Assembly (NCBI RefSeq): GCF_001194135.2 | Contig: NC_068991.1 | Coordinates: forward strand, 5,308,515-5,360,988 | Source of the DNA: Octopus bimaculoides | Lineage: Eukaryota | DNA: 52,474 nucleotides | Direction: 5' to 3' | Shown here: positions 11,075 through 22,921 of the stretch, in pieces | Layout of the letters: each line of letters begins with the position of its first letter | Numbering within the stretch: the first letter of the stretch is position 1 | Notes under the pieces: generated by a model | What the model saw: the letters and a program-made list of their open reading frames with translations, nothing else | Databases searched by the model: none | Told to the model about the DNA's origin: nothing | Translations under genes and position numbers: made by a program

Positions 11075-12822
11075 TATTTCCATATTTTAATTTTTCGTCA
11101 TATTCACGCATAACTGAATGTACGTGTGTGTGTGTCTATGTTTATGTAGGTGTGTGAGTGTCTGTGTGCGCGCTTGTGTGTGTATGTATGCACACACACA
11201 CATACATATACATATATATATACATACAGGTTGTTTCAGTAAAATGTATACACACGTGGAATATCTATAAAGACAATATTCATTAGTATACACAGTTTTT
11301 TTTTAATGTAATATGATCTACAGATATAAGTAAAATGCATTTAAACACCTAAAAAATGTTTGCCCAAATTAAATAATTGATATCAAGCAGAATCCATTTT
11401 AAATCAATTTTCTAAACATTATGTAATCGTCTGTCTTCAAATTGATATCCATTTTCCTCCAAACATTACTGACAACAGGAAGTAATAGAATTAATAACAG
11501 CCAAAAAAAAAACATTTCATTAGGTATTTGAGTGCATTCTTGTTTAATAGTATCTCCCAATTCAGCAAACTTATTAATGATTCGAGAGATGGAGACTTGT
11601 GTAGCTTAGTCAAACTGAATTTGTCATGTCTACCGTCTTTGGACTTCAACTGTATTTTCAAACTTACAATAGCATTTTAGGATAAATTTCCTTTCCCCAA
11701 AGCTAAGTTTTGACGCCATTGTCTATTCTTATGGGTAAATCTGAGTTATCTCTTAATAAATATTGCCTTTATAGGTATTCACACGTGTATACATTTTATT
11801 GAGACACTCTGTATATGTATATAAGAACGTACGAGTGTACTTCTCTTCCAGTCTTTAATGTCACTTAATTGTTTCCTCTCTTCCTCCAGTCTCTCTTCCT
11901 CTAACTGCTACACTTGAGTGGGACAGAAAAGAAAATTTATTTATGAATATACAGAATGTCTGCATTGGTATAGTCGGTATTCTCCTAAAATACACACAGT
12001 TTATTATAGTAGATAATGTAATAACAATCTATGATTGTTGATGTCAACTCACTCATTGTATATATTATAATTCTCCAGTTTTTCTCTTGTGTTTTGTTGT
12101 TTGAACTTACAACAGATCGAACATTTCCCTTTTATCACCCGCTTCTGATATTCTCACAGTCGAAAACGTCGAAATAAAAATATGGTTTCGTGCTCTACAT
12201 CAGTGACTGCGCAATTTAGATTTTAAACAATTTGAAAGACTAACAACCTAAACATACACACGCATGTTTGTATATATATATATATATTATACACGCACAC
12301 ACGTATTTATATGTGTGTGCATGTATATATATATATATAAATAAATTTTATAAAAGCTTTGTATTTGAGACGCAAACGCCCATCTCCAGAAGGAAAGAAA
12401 CAGTCTTAGAAAAGTTCAGTTATGTTGGTTCCGTTAAATAACTTGGCAGGAATTTTCAATGCCCAGATAACTGAAGATATGGCGGCGTGGGTTCCGACTC
12501 CGGCATCCGAAACTCGGAGTTTTATCATGGTTACCGAATAAGGGTCACGTATTTTTACAGGTATATAAATATATATATATATATATATATANNNNNNNNN
12601 NNNNNNNNNNNNNNNNNNNNNNNNNNNNNNNNNNNNNNNNNNNNNNNNNNNNNNNNNNNNNNNNNNNNNNNNNNNNNNNNNNNNNNNNNNNNNNNNNNNN
12701 NNNNNNNNNNNNNNNNNNNNNNNNNNNNNNNNNNNNNNNNNNNNNNNNNNNNNNNNNNNNNNNNTATATATACATACGTGTTACACATGTGCGTATACAC
12801 ACACACATAGATAGATAGATCT

Positions 12823-12892
<70 letters not shown>

Positions 12893-13035
12893 TACATGAA
12901 CACGCGATTACTTGGGTATGTGTGTGCGTATAAATGTGCGCCTTCTTTTATTTCTCTGTGTTGCATGCTTTCGCAATCAGAACGGTAAATCGAAAGTCAA
13001 CCAACAAATAGAAGCACAGTTCCTCTTGTTCTTTA

Positions 13036-13195
13036 CCAAGGTTATGTACTATCTAAGACTTGGTTCTTTGTTTCGGAAAAAATTCTTGACGTATTTTCCA
13101 AATGTCGATAGAGAATACGACGGTGCTTGACCTATCTTTCCAGAAGAAATTCTTCAGCATGTCAACTACGTTTCTTATATCGAACAGTCACAGAG
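13036..13195 (+). repeat. Unnamed dispersed repeat F, copy 2
   Basis: Inverted homologue of 8523-8680. Confidence 0.8.
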
Positions 13196-13517
13196 TTTTG
13201 ATCGTTTTATTTATTTTTACTTTTTTTGTATATATACAGAGAAGATCACTTATCCATGCACGCAGCGCAACACTTACATTTATACATATTTATGTATGCG
13301 TGTGTACGTGTGTGTCCCTGTGACTATGTGTGGTTGCGAGAAAGTGCATAAATTTTTGTCTATCTGTGGCTCCCGCTTTTCCTTTTTTTTCTCTCTTTAT
13401 ATATATTTAAATCTATAAAATATTTACATGCACGTTTGCCTCCATACACATGCTACATGCACATAGACACACACATCCACACACATCCACACATACATAC
13501 ACACACAGAGATGTGTT

Positions 13518-13555
<38 letters not shown>

Positions 13556-14534
13556 NNNNNNNNNNNNNNNNNNNNNNNNNNNNNNNNNNNNNNNNNNNNN
13601 NNNNNNNNNNNNNNNNNNNNNNNNNNNNNNNNNNNNNNNNNNNNNNNNNNNNNNNNNNNNNNNNNNNNNNNNNNNNNNNNNNNNNNNNNNNNNNNNNNNN
13701 NNNNNNNNNNNNNNNNNNNNNNNNNNNNNNNNNNNNNNNNNNNNNNNNNNNNNNNNNNNNNNNNNNNNNNNNNNNNNNNNNNNNNNNNNNNNNNNNNNNN
13801 NNNNNNNNNNNNNNNNNNNNNNNNNNNNNNNNNNNNNNNNNNNNNNNNNNNNNNNNNNNNNNNNNNNNNNNNNNNNNNNNNNTGGACATTGATAAGCCGC
13901 CAAAACGTGACTGTCACATTCGCGAACGCTTCCGGGACATCTCGTTCCTTTTGTTGGTTGGTGTATTGTGCTTTTAACACAATACGTGTACAATGGAATC
14001 ATTATCCAGTCGGCTACTGCAGCTTCTGATTGTTCAAATGCATACACAAAATATGTAATATAGATATACATACATAAATAATCTGTATTGTCGCAACATT
14101 TTGTTCAATATGTTCAATATGCGGCCTTATGGATGGGCGTAACATGTGTGCGTGCGTGTGTGAATGTGTGTGTGTGTGTTATAGAGAGGAGACGTTAAAT
14201 TCAGCCGAACGTGTACATATTTCTTTATTTCATTCAGCTGATAAATTCTATTCGGATAATTAAGCCTCTTCAGATGACGAAAAGTAAATACCTCTGATAA
14301 ATTAACGACAATGCTTAAACCTTTTATATTAAGATCAACTTGCAATTGATAGACATCATTATGGTCCAACATTTTCGCCAATAATGGCTTAGAATCTATA
14401 TAGAATATTGTGAACTCTCATCCGAATAGCTGTAATACGAAGAGTAATATGTGTTGCTTAGGAATCATGATTTCTTAATTTTGCTTTCGAATTACCAGAA
14501 AGATCTCTTCTTTCATCCCATTGCAGCCCAAATG

Positions 14535-14558
14535 CTACGGCCATGCTGGAGCACCGCC
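14535..14558 (-). mobile_element. SINE family A tail fragment
   Basis: cggccatgctggagcaccgcc is an exact reverse complement of the tail core. Confidence 0.6.
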
Positions 14559-15599
14559 ATTTTGAGTGGTATTGCATTATATGTTCTCTTAGTCTAATCT
14601 AATTCAATTATATATTTATAAAGACAGGATTTACTGTTATTTGTCGAGGTATTAATCAAATACAGACAATAAATGTTATCACATACTACCTAAGTACGAA
14701 ACTATCCAGTTACCACGTCGTTCCCAGACTAACATCACGAGACCCTTTTGTCTTCTCTTGCATTCCTCCTGGTCGTTCGCTCTTCAGTAGCCCAGAGTCT
14801 TCAGGCAGTGGATAAAAATCCTAGCAGATCGATTTCTGTTGGCTGTTTTCACATCATGTATAAATCAATACTTCACCCTAAAGCATACCTGCTTATCGAT
14901 AACAATGGCTTCGAGAATGTTTTTTGTTTATATTCATTCATTGACATTACACGGGCAGTTTACAATGGTCGGGTTCGACAAAAGATCACAGAAAGAAGGG
15001 AGGGGGAGGAAAGGGAATTATATAAAAATCAATAGGTGTAAAAACATTTATGATGCAGTCTTACTAATATAGGAGAATTTCCAAGTAAGGCCAATAGCGA
15101 AACCAAACAGATCCAGTATCCACCTGAGCTCGAAGAACAGAAACCATCGTCCAATTCTTGATCCCCAATTGAGAGGCCAAGATTAATAAAATTAATCTCC
15201 AAAACATTGTAAGGAACATCACCTCAAAGACGCCTGGCTGAACTTTGCTCTTCCATGACATAATCCTCGCTTCAAATCCATTGTGTGATATCATCGGCTA
15301 GGGGTCCCCTAAATGATTTTCGGTGGGTCAATTTTCCTGCCAATATTTGGGCGAGATCTCTGATTTCAGTATAACTTGATATATTCGTTTATTGATTCTT
15401 AGTTCTGCAAACTACGGTTCTTGCTCTCTTCTACTCTTTTTCCTGCTAGCAACACACAATGATGACCATATAGGTAAACAATTGTAGAATTCATATGCTA
15501 TTCTCCCCACCCATTTCATATACTCACACATACACACGAATATGGTACGTTTATACACACTTTTATTACCCTTATATATGTGTGTTCGTGTTATTAACC

Positions 15600-15630
<31 letters not shown>

Positions 15631-16823
15631 NNNNNNNNNNNNNNNNNNNNNNNNNNNNNNNNNNNNNNNNNNNNNNNNNNNNNNNNNNNNNNNNNNNNNN
15701 NNNNNNNNNNNNNNNNNNNNNNNNNNNNNNNNNNNNNNNNNNNNNNNNNNNNNNNNNNNNNNNNNNNNNNNNNNNNNNNNNNNNNNNNNNNNNNNNNNNN
15801 NNNNNNNNNNNNNNNNNNNNNNNNNNNNNNNNNNNNNNNNNNNNNNNNNNNNNNNNNNNNNNNNNNNNNNNNNNNNNNNNNNNNNNNNNNNNNNNNNNNN
15901 NNNNNNNNNNNNNNNNNNNNNNNNNNNNNNNNNNNNNNNNNNNNNNNNNNNNNNNNNNNNNNNNNNNNNNNNNNNNNNNNNNNNNNNNNNNNNNNNNNNN
16001 NNNNNNNNNNNNNNNNNNNNNNNNNNNNNNNNNNNNNNNNNNNNNNNNNNNNNNNNNNNNNNNNNNNNNNNNNNNNNNNNNNNNNNNNNNNNNNNNNNNN
16101 NNNNNNNNNNNNNNNNNNNNNNNNNNNNNNNTATACATATACATATATATACATATATATGTATATATATCTATATATATGTCTATATATATGTGTGTGT
16201 GTGTGTGTGTTTGTGTAAACTGGTCTTCTTCTTGTTCGGTCCCTTCTTCCCATACAAAAAGAGAAAGATCATCAGCGGCCGTGGGTGGGTGGGTTGGTGG
16301 ACGTCGGCGGTGGAGGGCCCTCCTTCTTTTCCCTCCACTGACTAAGACATAAATAACAATTCCTCCTATGACATTAAAAACAGCTTTAGAAATTTAGTAA
16401 ACAAGAAATAAACCATCGTTGTAGTAGAATAGATCCTCTGAAAGAAATATGTATAATGTTTTATTTATGTTTCTCTCTGAGGTTCATTGTTCGATGAGAG
16501 AGCAACGTTACAAAAGAACTGTGACGTCATAATGTAAAACCGACAAAATTATTTGCAAATAAACGCTTTAATATACTAAATAAGATAATATTAAATGTGA
16601 GATAACATAAAAATATTTACAATCGATTTTTTTTTTCCACTTTATGACTTGGACATTTTCCAACAGTAAAAGAAAGAATGTATAGATTGAGCATTCCTGT
16701 AGAGAGGAACGGCAGGGGCATTTTTGAAATTGTTTAACTATAAAGAGGAACATAATCTCGGACACCTTAAACCGAAATTGATCGAAGGAAATTGATATGC
16801 ATAAGCCTTTATTACTACTGTAG

Positions 16824-17135
16824 GTATTCTTTTCGACTCAAGGCACAGAGCCCGAAATTTTGGGTGAACGGGCCAGTCAATTAGATGGACCCCAGTACGC
16901 AACTCGTACTTAATTTATCGACCCCGAAAGAATGAAAGGTTAAGTCGACGTCAGCGGAATTTGAACTCAGAACATAAAGACAGAAGAAATGCTGCTAAGT
17001 ATTTCGCCTGGCGTGCTAACGTTTCTTATTTCTTTATTGCCCACAAGGGGCTAAACATAGAGGGGACAAACAAGGACAGACAAAGGGATTAAGTCAATTA
17101 CATAGACTCCAGTGCGTAACTGGTACTTAATTTAT
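16824..17135 (-). mobile_element. SINE family B dimer (3' half of left monomer fused to right monomer)
   Basis: On the minus strand: ...ccagttacgcactgg...ttagccccttgtgggcaataaagaaata|agaaacgttagcacgccaggcg...agttgcgtactgggg...gagtcgaaaagaatac. Junction at ~17026/17027. Confidence 0.9.
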
Positions 17136-17788
17136 AAACTTAATTTATCTCATTGAGGGTCCATATAAGAATTTGGTGTTAATAATTATGTAGAATATTT
17201 TCATATTTCGGGACGGTCATTGTTTCTTGCCAAATAAGCACACGCACGGTATATTTGTTCTTCACCCGTTTATTATTATTCTTATTTTATCTTATGTCCA
17301 TTGTCTGGAAATCTTCCGCCACACATCCGTGACCTCTTCAGTGACTCTTCCATCCACGTGTTTCTTCCTGTTCTCTTTACTCCAGTCTCAATATTCTCTT
17401 GTTAAAATTTATGTGCAATATATTGTTTAAAATTCTACAATACACAAAATATTCTGACAATTTTTTTATACAGTTCCTTATGATATTTAATCATAAAGAT
17501 ATTATGCGATTTTTCAAACACTGAATAGCTGTATGAGGCGGGGGTCTACCTGAGTAATACAGTTATGAAAGGGGCCAATCGTTACAAAGGATGATCGAGA
17601 ATTACAGGATATTAAGATAAGAACAACAACCAATACGTAATGATTATACATCGATGAACTGCTGACGCGGTTGTTTGGTTTCCGAGGAAGTGCAAACTGT
17701 TACTTATATCAGAATCAACCGTATATCACACACTACAAAAAAAAATAAAAAGATTGGATAATGGAATCATGAGTGCACTATATCTAAA

Positions 17789-17880
17789 TCTAATATCATA
17801 AAAGCGAAATTCTGTCTGTCCGGGACCGCTGTATCTCAGTCTACATTTTGCTCTACATAGACATACGTTTTTGGAATCAG
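17789..17880 (+). mobile_element. Possible non-autonomous Helitron-like 5' terminus
   Basis: a|tctaatatcataaaagcgaaattctgtctgtcc resembles TC-starting 5' ends of invertebrate non-autonomous Helitrons (TCTA...ATAAAAG..AAA..TGTCTGT). No matching 3' hairpin/CTRR found. Confidence 0.3.
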
Positions 17881-17894
17881 GTTGATCTTGGGAT

Positions 17895-17980
17895 TAAAAA
17901 TCTTCCCTTCGTTTGGTTCTTGAATCTCCAGCATTGGAATGTGATATAAAAGCATTTGGGTTGCTATTTCTTGTAGGTAA
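17895..17980 (-). repeat. Unnamed dispersed repeat E fragment
   Basis: Reverse complement cctacaagaaatagcaacccaaat matches gctagaaataacagccaaat (28021) and gctataaatagcagtcagat (27534). Confidence 0.4.
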
Positions 17981-19335
17981 AGCTTGGCTGATTCACGCCA
18001 TCTTGGTTAGCGGTTCGTCAGATGACGCTCGCTTTGTTAATTTTACGTCGAGATAAGAACTTTGAGACGAATTCGTCAAAAGCTGAAATTGAACTTGAGA
18101 CTGGAACAATAGAATGATTGCATTTCAAAATTAATTCTCATCCAACCTTAACATCTGATCAAACACCACCGGGTCATATAGTTTTTAACTGCTGGAAATA
18201 TCAGTTAAGTTGGTGGTGACAGTCGATGACGTCATCCGAATATCATTCAAGTTAAAACAGATTGCCTGGACGGAATGTTATTTTCATAAAATGGAAATAT
18301 GACTACGGCTGGTCTGGGGCCATATAACATCAGCGTTAATCACTACAATAACAGCAAAAATGTATATATGTATAGATGCAAACACACACAGAAACACACA
18401 CACACACACATATACACCGTATATGTAAGTGTATACGAATATATATATATATATATATATATATNNNNNNNNNNNNNNNNNNNNNNNNNNNNNNNNNNNN
18501 NNNNNNNNNNNNNNNNNNNNNNNNNNNNNNNNNNNNNNNNNNNNNNNNNNNNNNNNNNNNNNNNNNNNNNNNNNNNNNNNNNNNNNNNNNNNNNNNNNNN
18601 NNNNNNNNNNNNNNNNNNNNNNNNNNNNNNNNNNNNNNNNNNNNNNNNNNNNNNNNNNNNNNNNNNNNNNNNNNNNNNNNNNNNNNNNNNNNNNNNNNNN
18701 NNNNNNNNNNNNNNNNNNNNNNNNNNNNNNNNNNNNNNNNNNNNNNNTATATATATATACATAAATGTATATATATATATATACATAAATGTATATATAC
18801 ATTCATATATAGATACATACATACATACATACATACGTACATACATACATATATTCCATCTTTAATTTCTCACCGTTGTTGTTTTGCAGGTATGTGGATC
18901 TCTGTTGAAATATATTCTAAACATCAAAGACGGCTATTTTTTTTATGATTTCAGTTACTTTTAATCTGTGAAGGAACAGCACACGGCTATAGAAAAGGCC
19001 TGAAGAATATGTGTTAATTTGCATGCTGATGTTAGTTTAATATCCGTTAAGGAATAACATATGCTTCGGCACAGCATGAACGCTAATTAATTTATCAAAG
19101 AGAAGAAAGTCTATCTATGATTAGAGTTATGATTGCGTTCGTGCTAAGAGAATGAACTCACTATGCCTTGTTGTATGTGTGATGCAAAATGTAATTCGAG
19201 TAACAGAGCAACTCATATTGAACAGCCGACAGCATTATGTAATATTTTTCTGTTTAACTACACAGAAATATGATTTAAACATACAATTGCACGTAAATAT
19301 ATTGATATAATGGTATTAATGTTATCAATTTGGAC

Positions 19336-19491
19336 AGGCGGCGGGCTGGTAGAAACGTTAGCACGCCGGGCAAAATGCGTATCGGTATTTTGCCTGCCGT
19401 TACGTTCTGAGTTCAAATTCCGTGGGCTTTGCCTTTAATCCTTTTTGAATCGTTATAATTCGATATCAGCTAAACACTGGGGTCGATGTAA
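19336..19491 (+). mobile_element. SINE family B, 3'-truncated
   Basis: aggcggcgggctggtagaaacgttagcacgccgggc...gagttcaaattcc...cactggggtcgatgtaa. Confidence 0.85.
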
Positions 19492-19560
19492 CACACACAT
19501 ATATGTACATATATACATGCATATATATATATATATATATGTATATACATGCATATATTT

Positions 19561-19727
19561 ATACGACGCAATTCTTTCAGTTTTCGTCTGCCAAATCCAC
19601 TCACAAGGCTTTGGTCGACTCGAGGTTATAGTAGAAGACACTTGACCAAGGTGCCATGCAGTGGGACTGAAGTGGGAACCATGTGGTTCGTAAGCAAGCT
19701 ACTTAACACACAGCTACGCCTGCACCT
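19561..19727 (-). mobile_element. SINE family A, 5' half (tRNA-like head plus CORE-like segment)
   Basis: Reverse complement: tagctgtgtgttaag (A-box-like), ttcagtccc (B-box-like), gcaccttggtcaagtg (resembles the MIR/CORE accttgggcaag motif), then gtggatttggcagacgaaaactgaaagaa. Confidence 0.88.
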
Positions 19728-20069
19728 CTATATGTGTGTGTGTGTGCGCGCGCACAAACATATATATATATGTATAAACTTCTGTGAACCCAAGAAACGA
19801 TTAATTACAAAACTCAATCCATCAACTTATTCTCTAATATATATTTTTTAATAACTATAATTGAAATCCTCTTGATTGACTGATTTTACGTTTCTGCTTA
19901 TCCAGCTGCTAATCCCAGCCTGTTTTCTCCTGGATTACGTGACGTTTGAATATATTTTGAAATAGTATACGTAGGTATAAAGGAAACGCTTGCATCTGTG
20001 CTAAAAAAATAAAGTGCGAGTGATATGTATAAAAACGGTTTTTCAAGTGTACGTTTTCCATTTCATTTC

Positions 20070-20448
20070 CTATTTAATATAATTACTATAATTATGTTCC
20101 GGCAAATAATGGTAATCTGCGAAATTAAGAAATTCCCTCGCTCTATTAGTTCTAACTGTTGGGTTATATACTCGTTTGCTCCATAATGTATTTCTTTTTG
20201 TTTTCTTATTCCTATGTTGTACATTCCCCATGAGATTTACGTTTCCTAACTTATCAGATAATCCACTCTTTCTCAGTGCTTTATTATATTGCACAGCTGC
20301 CTACACTTGAAAACATTTTTATCAAAAGACATCGAGGATATCCGTTTACCTACCTTATCGATAACGCTGTTCAAATTGCTGCGTGGATGATTCGATTGCT
20401 GATGTATGTACACTGATTTCTCATTTGTCATGAATAAATATTATAAGG
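20070..20448 (-). mobile_element. Penelope-like retroelement remnant, RT C-terminal/linker region, one frameshift
   Basis: Minus frames read TNEKSVYIHQQSNHPRSNLNSVIDKVGKRISSMS, then YNKALRKSGLSDKL...RNKKTKRNTLWSKRVYNPTVRTNRAREFLNF. These match the PLE pattern YIHxxSNHP..II..I...RIS.(I)S....Y..AL..SG....RxRxRNIIWFNPPY...V.TN(V/I)...FL.L. Confidence 0.8.
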
Positions 20449-20868
20449 TAACGATAGATTAGCTAACGTGATTAACTTTCTAGAATGTTATAGATATGCT
20501 ATGATATTAGTATCTACGTTAATACTAGCTCTTATAATATTGGGTTGTCAGTTAAATTCGCTCGGTTCTATTTATTTTAATCTTTTCCCTAGTCATTTGA
20601 AATATCACGAAAAATATTTTTATCATGATGTTCATACTTGTTTTTGTTTATGTTCTTTTTTAATGTGCTGTATTCTTTCTCAAGAAACCGTGGTTTATCT
20701 GAGTATTAATATTTATTGCCAGACTAACGCGGCAGTCCAGAGAAATAGGACGAATGCTGCTGTTGATTATCTCCGAGAGGCGATCGTCTCTAGCTAGCCA
20801 TATGACGCACGAATTTATATATAACTATATATAAATTATAAAAATAAAAAGATATATACAGTGTTGTT

Positions 20869-20945
20869 TCTACTTCGCAGATTTTCATCTATCACGGGGG
20901 GTGGGGGTTGGAAGTAACACCCGCGATAGTGGAGGGATTATTGTA
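20869..20945 (+). mobile_element. pogo/Tigger-like MITE right end
   Basis: cccgcgatagtggagggattattg|ta resembles the reverse complement of Tigger-type TIRs (CAGT.ATCCCTCG..ATCGCG) ending at a TA. Left TIR not found. Confidence 0.4.
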
Positions 20946-21354
20946 ATGAAAATTCATAATCAGGATTGAACAGCTGCATGTTTTCAAGCAGTTGTTCAAA
21001 GATATTATCCTCTCCGTAAGACTTTGGAAGAGATGCACAGAAGCTAATCTTTATGGCTGCCCATAACTTTTCTCTTGTCTTCGAAATAAATACGTAGGTA
21101 TATATGAGTGTATATACATGTATTTATGTATGTATTTAGGTATTGATGTATGTGTGTCACTGTACTTGTTTTTGTGTATATATGTGTGAGACATTATTAA
21201 ATTCTCACGTCTGTATTACAAATATTGGCAACTGGCCAAAAGACTGTAACAGCTGTGATTATGCCTTCTTTTTACGACCGATACATTCGCATATTATCTA
21301 TGATTTTCAATGGGATAATTTCTGTATAGCATTCAACACATAATCATTACCATT

Positions 21355-21482
21355 ATCGCCATCATTCTCACCGTCATCATCAGCTTCATTATCATCGTCG
21401 TCGTCGACGTCGACATCGTCATCGTTGTAGTCTTCGCCATCGTCATCGTTGTAGTCTTCGCCATCGTCATCGCCATCACCTT
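21355..21482. repeat. (CAT/CGT)n degenerate repeat with a 24-bp tandem duplication
   Basis: cgtcatcgttgtagtcttcgccat occurs at 21417-21440 and 21441-21464. Confidence 0.9.
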
Positions 21483-21777
21483 TAACAATGATATCCGTAA
21501 ATGTTGAAATGTTGAGCTCCTAGTAAATTAATTGTGTGGAATTCAGTGATATACAAAGTTTACACAGCATGGTGTCAACCGAACTTCCTCTCGCTGCGAT
21601 ATTTTATCTAATAATTGGCATTTTACAGACGCCCACAGATTATTTTCAGCTGACAGAAGCTAATTTTCCACAAGGATTCACCAACAGTTATATTTTTGTT
21701 CTTATTCATTTGTAAATCCGAACGAGAGCGGCAGAAACAATACATCTTTAAATGAAATGTATTTTAAAATTAATCCC

Positions 21778-21828
21778 ATGTCGACTTAGCCTTGTACTTC
21801 TCAGCTCGGTAAAATAGGCACCACCCAA
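21778..21828 (+). mobile_element. Highly diverged SINE central-domain fragment (family B-like)
   Basis: gtcgacttagccttgtacttctcagctcggtaaaataggcacc resembles gtcgactttgcctttcatcctttcggggtcgataaattaagtacc. Confidence 0.3.
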
Positions 21829-22744
21829 ATGCCGGTTTTGTTGTTTTTATGGTGCTGTGCATAAATCAGTGTTAGAAATCAGCATTGTCTTTGTTACTCC
21901 GAGGAATGAAACCTTTTAAAGCCTCTATTTCAAATTAGTTTTCAACCTAAATGGAGACCTCTCCAAAGCAAAAGAACATCCGTTTCCGGACCAGCTTTCG
22001 ATTAATAATCCAAGTCAATCATGTATATTATATACAAGCTAATGGAACGACCGTTTTATACTATGTTACTATACATTGCATTGCATTGAATCTTTCTCCT
22101 TTATCACAATGTTGTAATTCATCGTTAAGAGGAAAATATTCAACTGTTATGGCTAAACAGCCAAATGGGTTTTTAATTACCTTTCGCTTCAGTACAACTG
22201 CACATGTTCTCTATTGGAGAATGATAAGGGTGTAATGGTATAATTATCTCTTGTCGTTTTTATCGGAATTAGCATCACATGTCGAATAAAGTGTTCTGAA
22301 AACACAATTGAAACGAAATCTCTAATTTAGTCCGTGTGTATTTGGTTATTTCTGCTGCTATACTACTGAAATAAATTCCAAGCGACATTTTTTTACAAAT
22401 TAGATTCTGGTTAAATAGAAACAAAAGGTAGTTTTTGACAGATGGAAATCTTTTCGTCATAGGTCAACAGAACCGGAGCTGAACTAGCGCCAGACGGCAC
22501 CGTCACCACTACACGCAACAACAATAATGCCGACAAAATTACCTCTATTTTTCTGTTTTATTCAAATATATACCACCGGCCAATTTGAGTAATTTCTTTT
22601 TGCTCATTTAAGTCTAAATCTTTCAGCTACTGGAGTTAAGTTCACGTATGAGGGTTCGACATTTTCTTACCGAACAATCACACATATGATTTGTCTATAG
22701 TGATCACACGTTTGTGGACTCATAAGCTCGCCTCCTCCATCAGA

Positions 22745-22921
22745 TCGAGATTACCTGTACAGGTGCAACGGCTGCCACATGTTGGATGTCGAAATGATCA
22801 CAGAGCAACGTGAAATGAAATGCTTTGCTCAAGAACACAACGCAACGCCTGATCTGGCAATCAAACCTACGATCTCACAACCGTGAGTTCAAAAACCTTA
22901 ACCACTAAGTCATGTGCCTTA
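22745..22921 (-). mobile_element. SINE family C (tRNA-head), diverged
   Basis: cagagcaacgtgaaatgaaatgctttgctcaagaacacaacg...aaccactaagtcatgtgcc matches 44528-44607. The minus strand begins with an A-box-like tgacttagtgg. Confidence 0.75.

Noticed and set aside
12478-12545. GC-rich stretch with ggttccgactcc (B-box-like) and a tccga-aac-tcgga hairpin
   Set aside because: No A-box or cloverleaf and no second copy. A 5-bp stem is expected by chance.
13883-14030. Unique sequence after a gap with short open frames (DIDKPPKRD..., WTLISRQNVTV...)
   Set aside because: No recognisable domain. ORF lengths in the track are inflated by N read-through.
14127-14400. 84-aa minus ORF (MAKMLDHNDVYQ...) with possible ag/gt boundaries
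   Set aside because: No homology I recognise, and it ends in a CA repeat. A length like this is expected by chance.
15064-15360. 76-aa minus ORF and an LADD motif in another frame
   Set aside because: Context does not resemble an RT YADD motif and flanking frames have stops. It may be an unrecognised TE relic, but I cannot support that.
20763-20797. Near-palindrome agaggcgatcgtctct followed by ctagctag (Helitron 3'-like)
   Set aside because: The hairpin abuts CTAG without the usual spacer, is not followed by T, and is 3 kb from the putative 5' end across unrelated elements.
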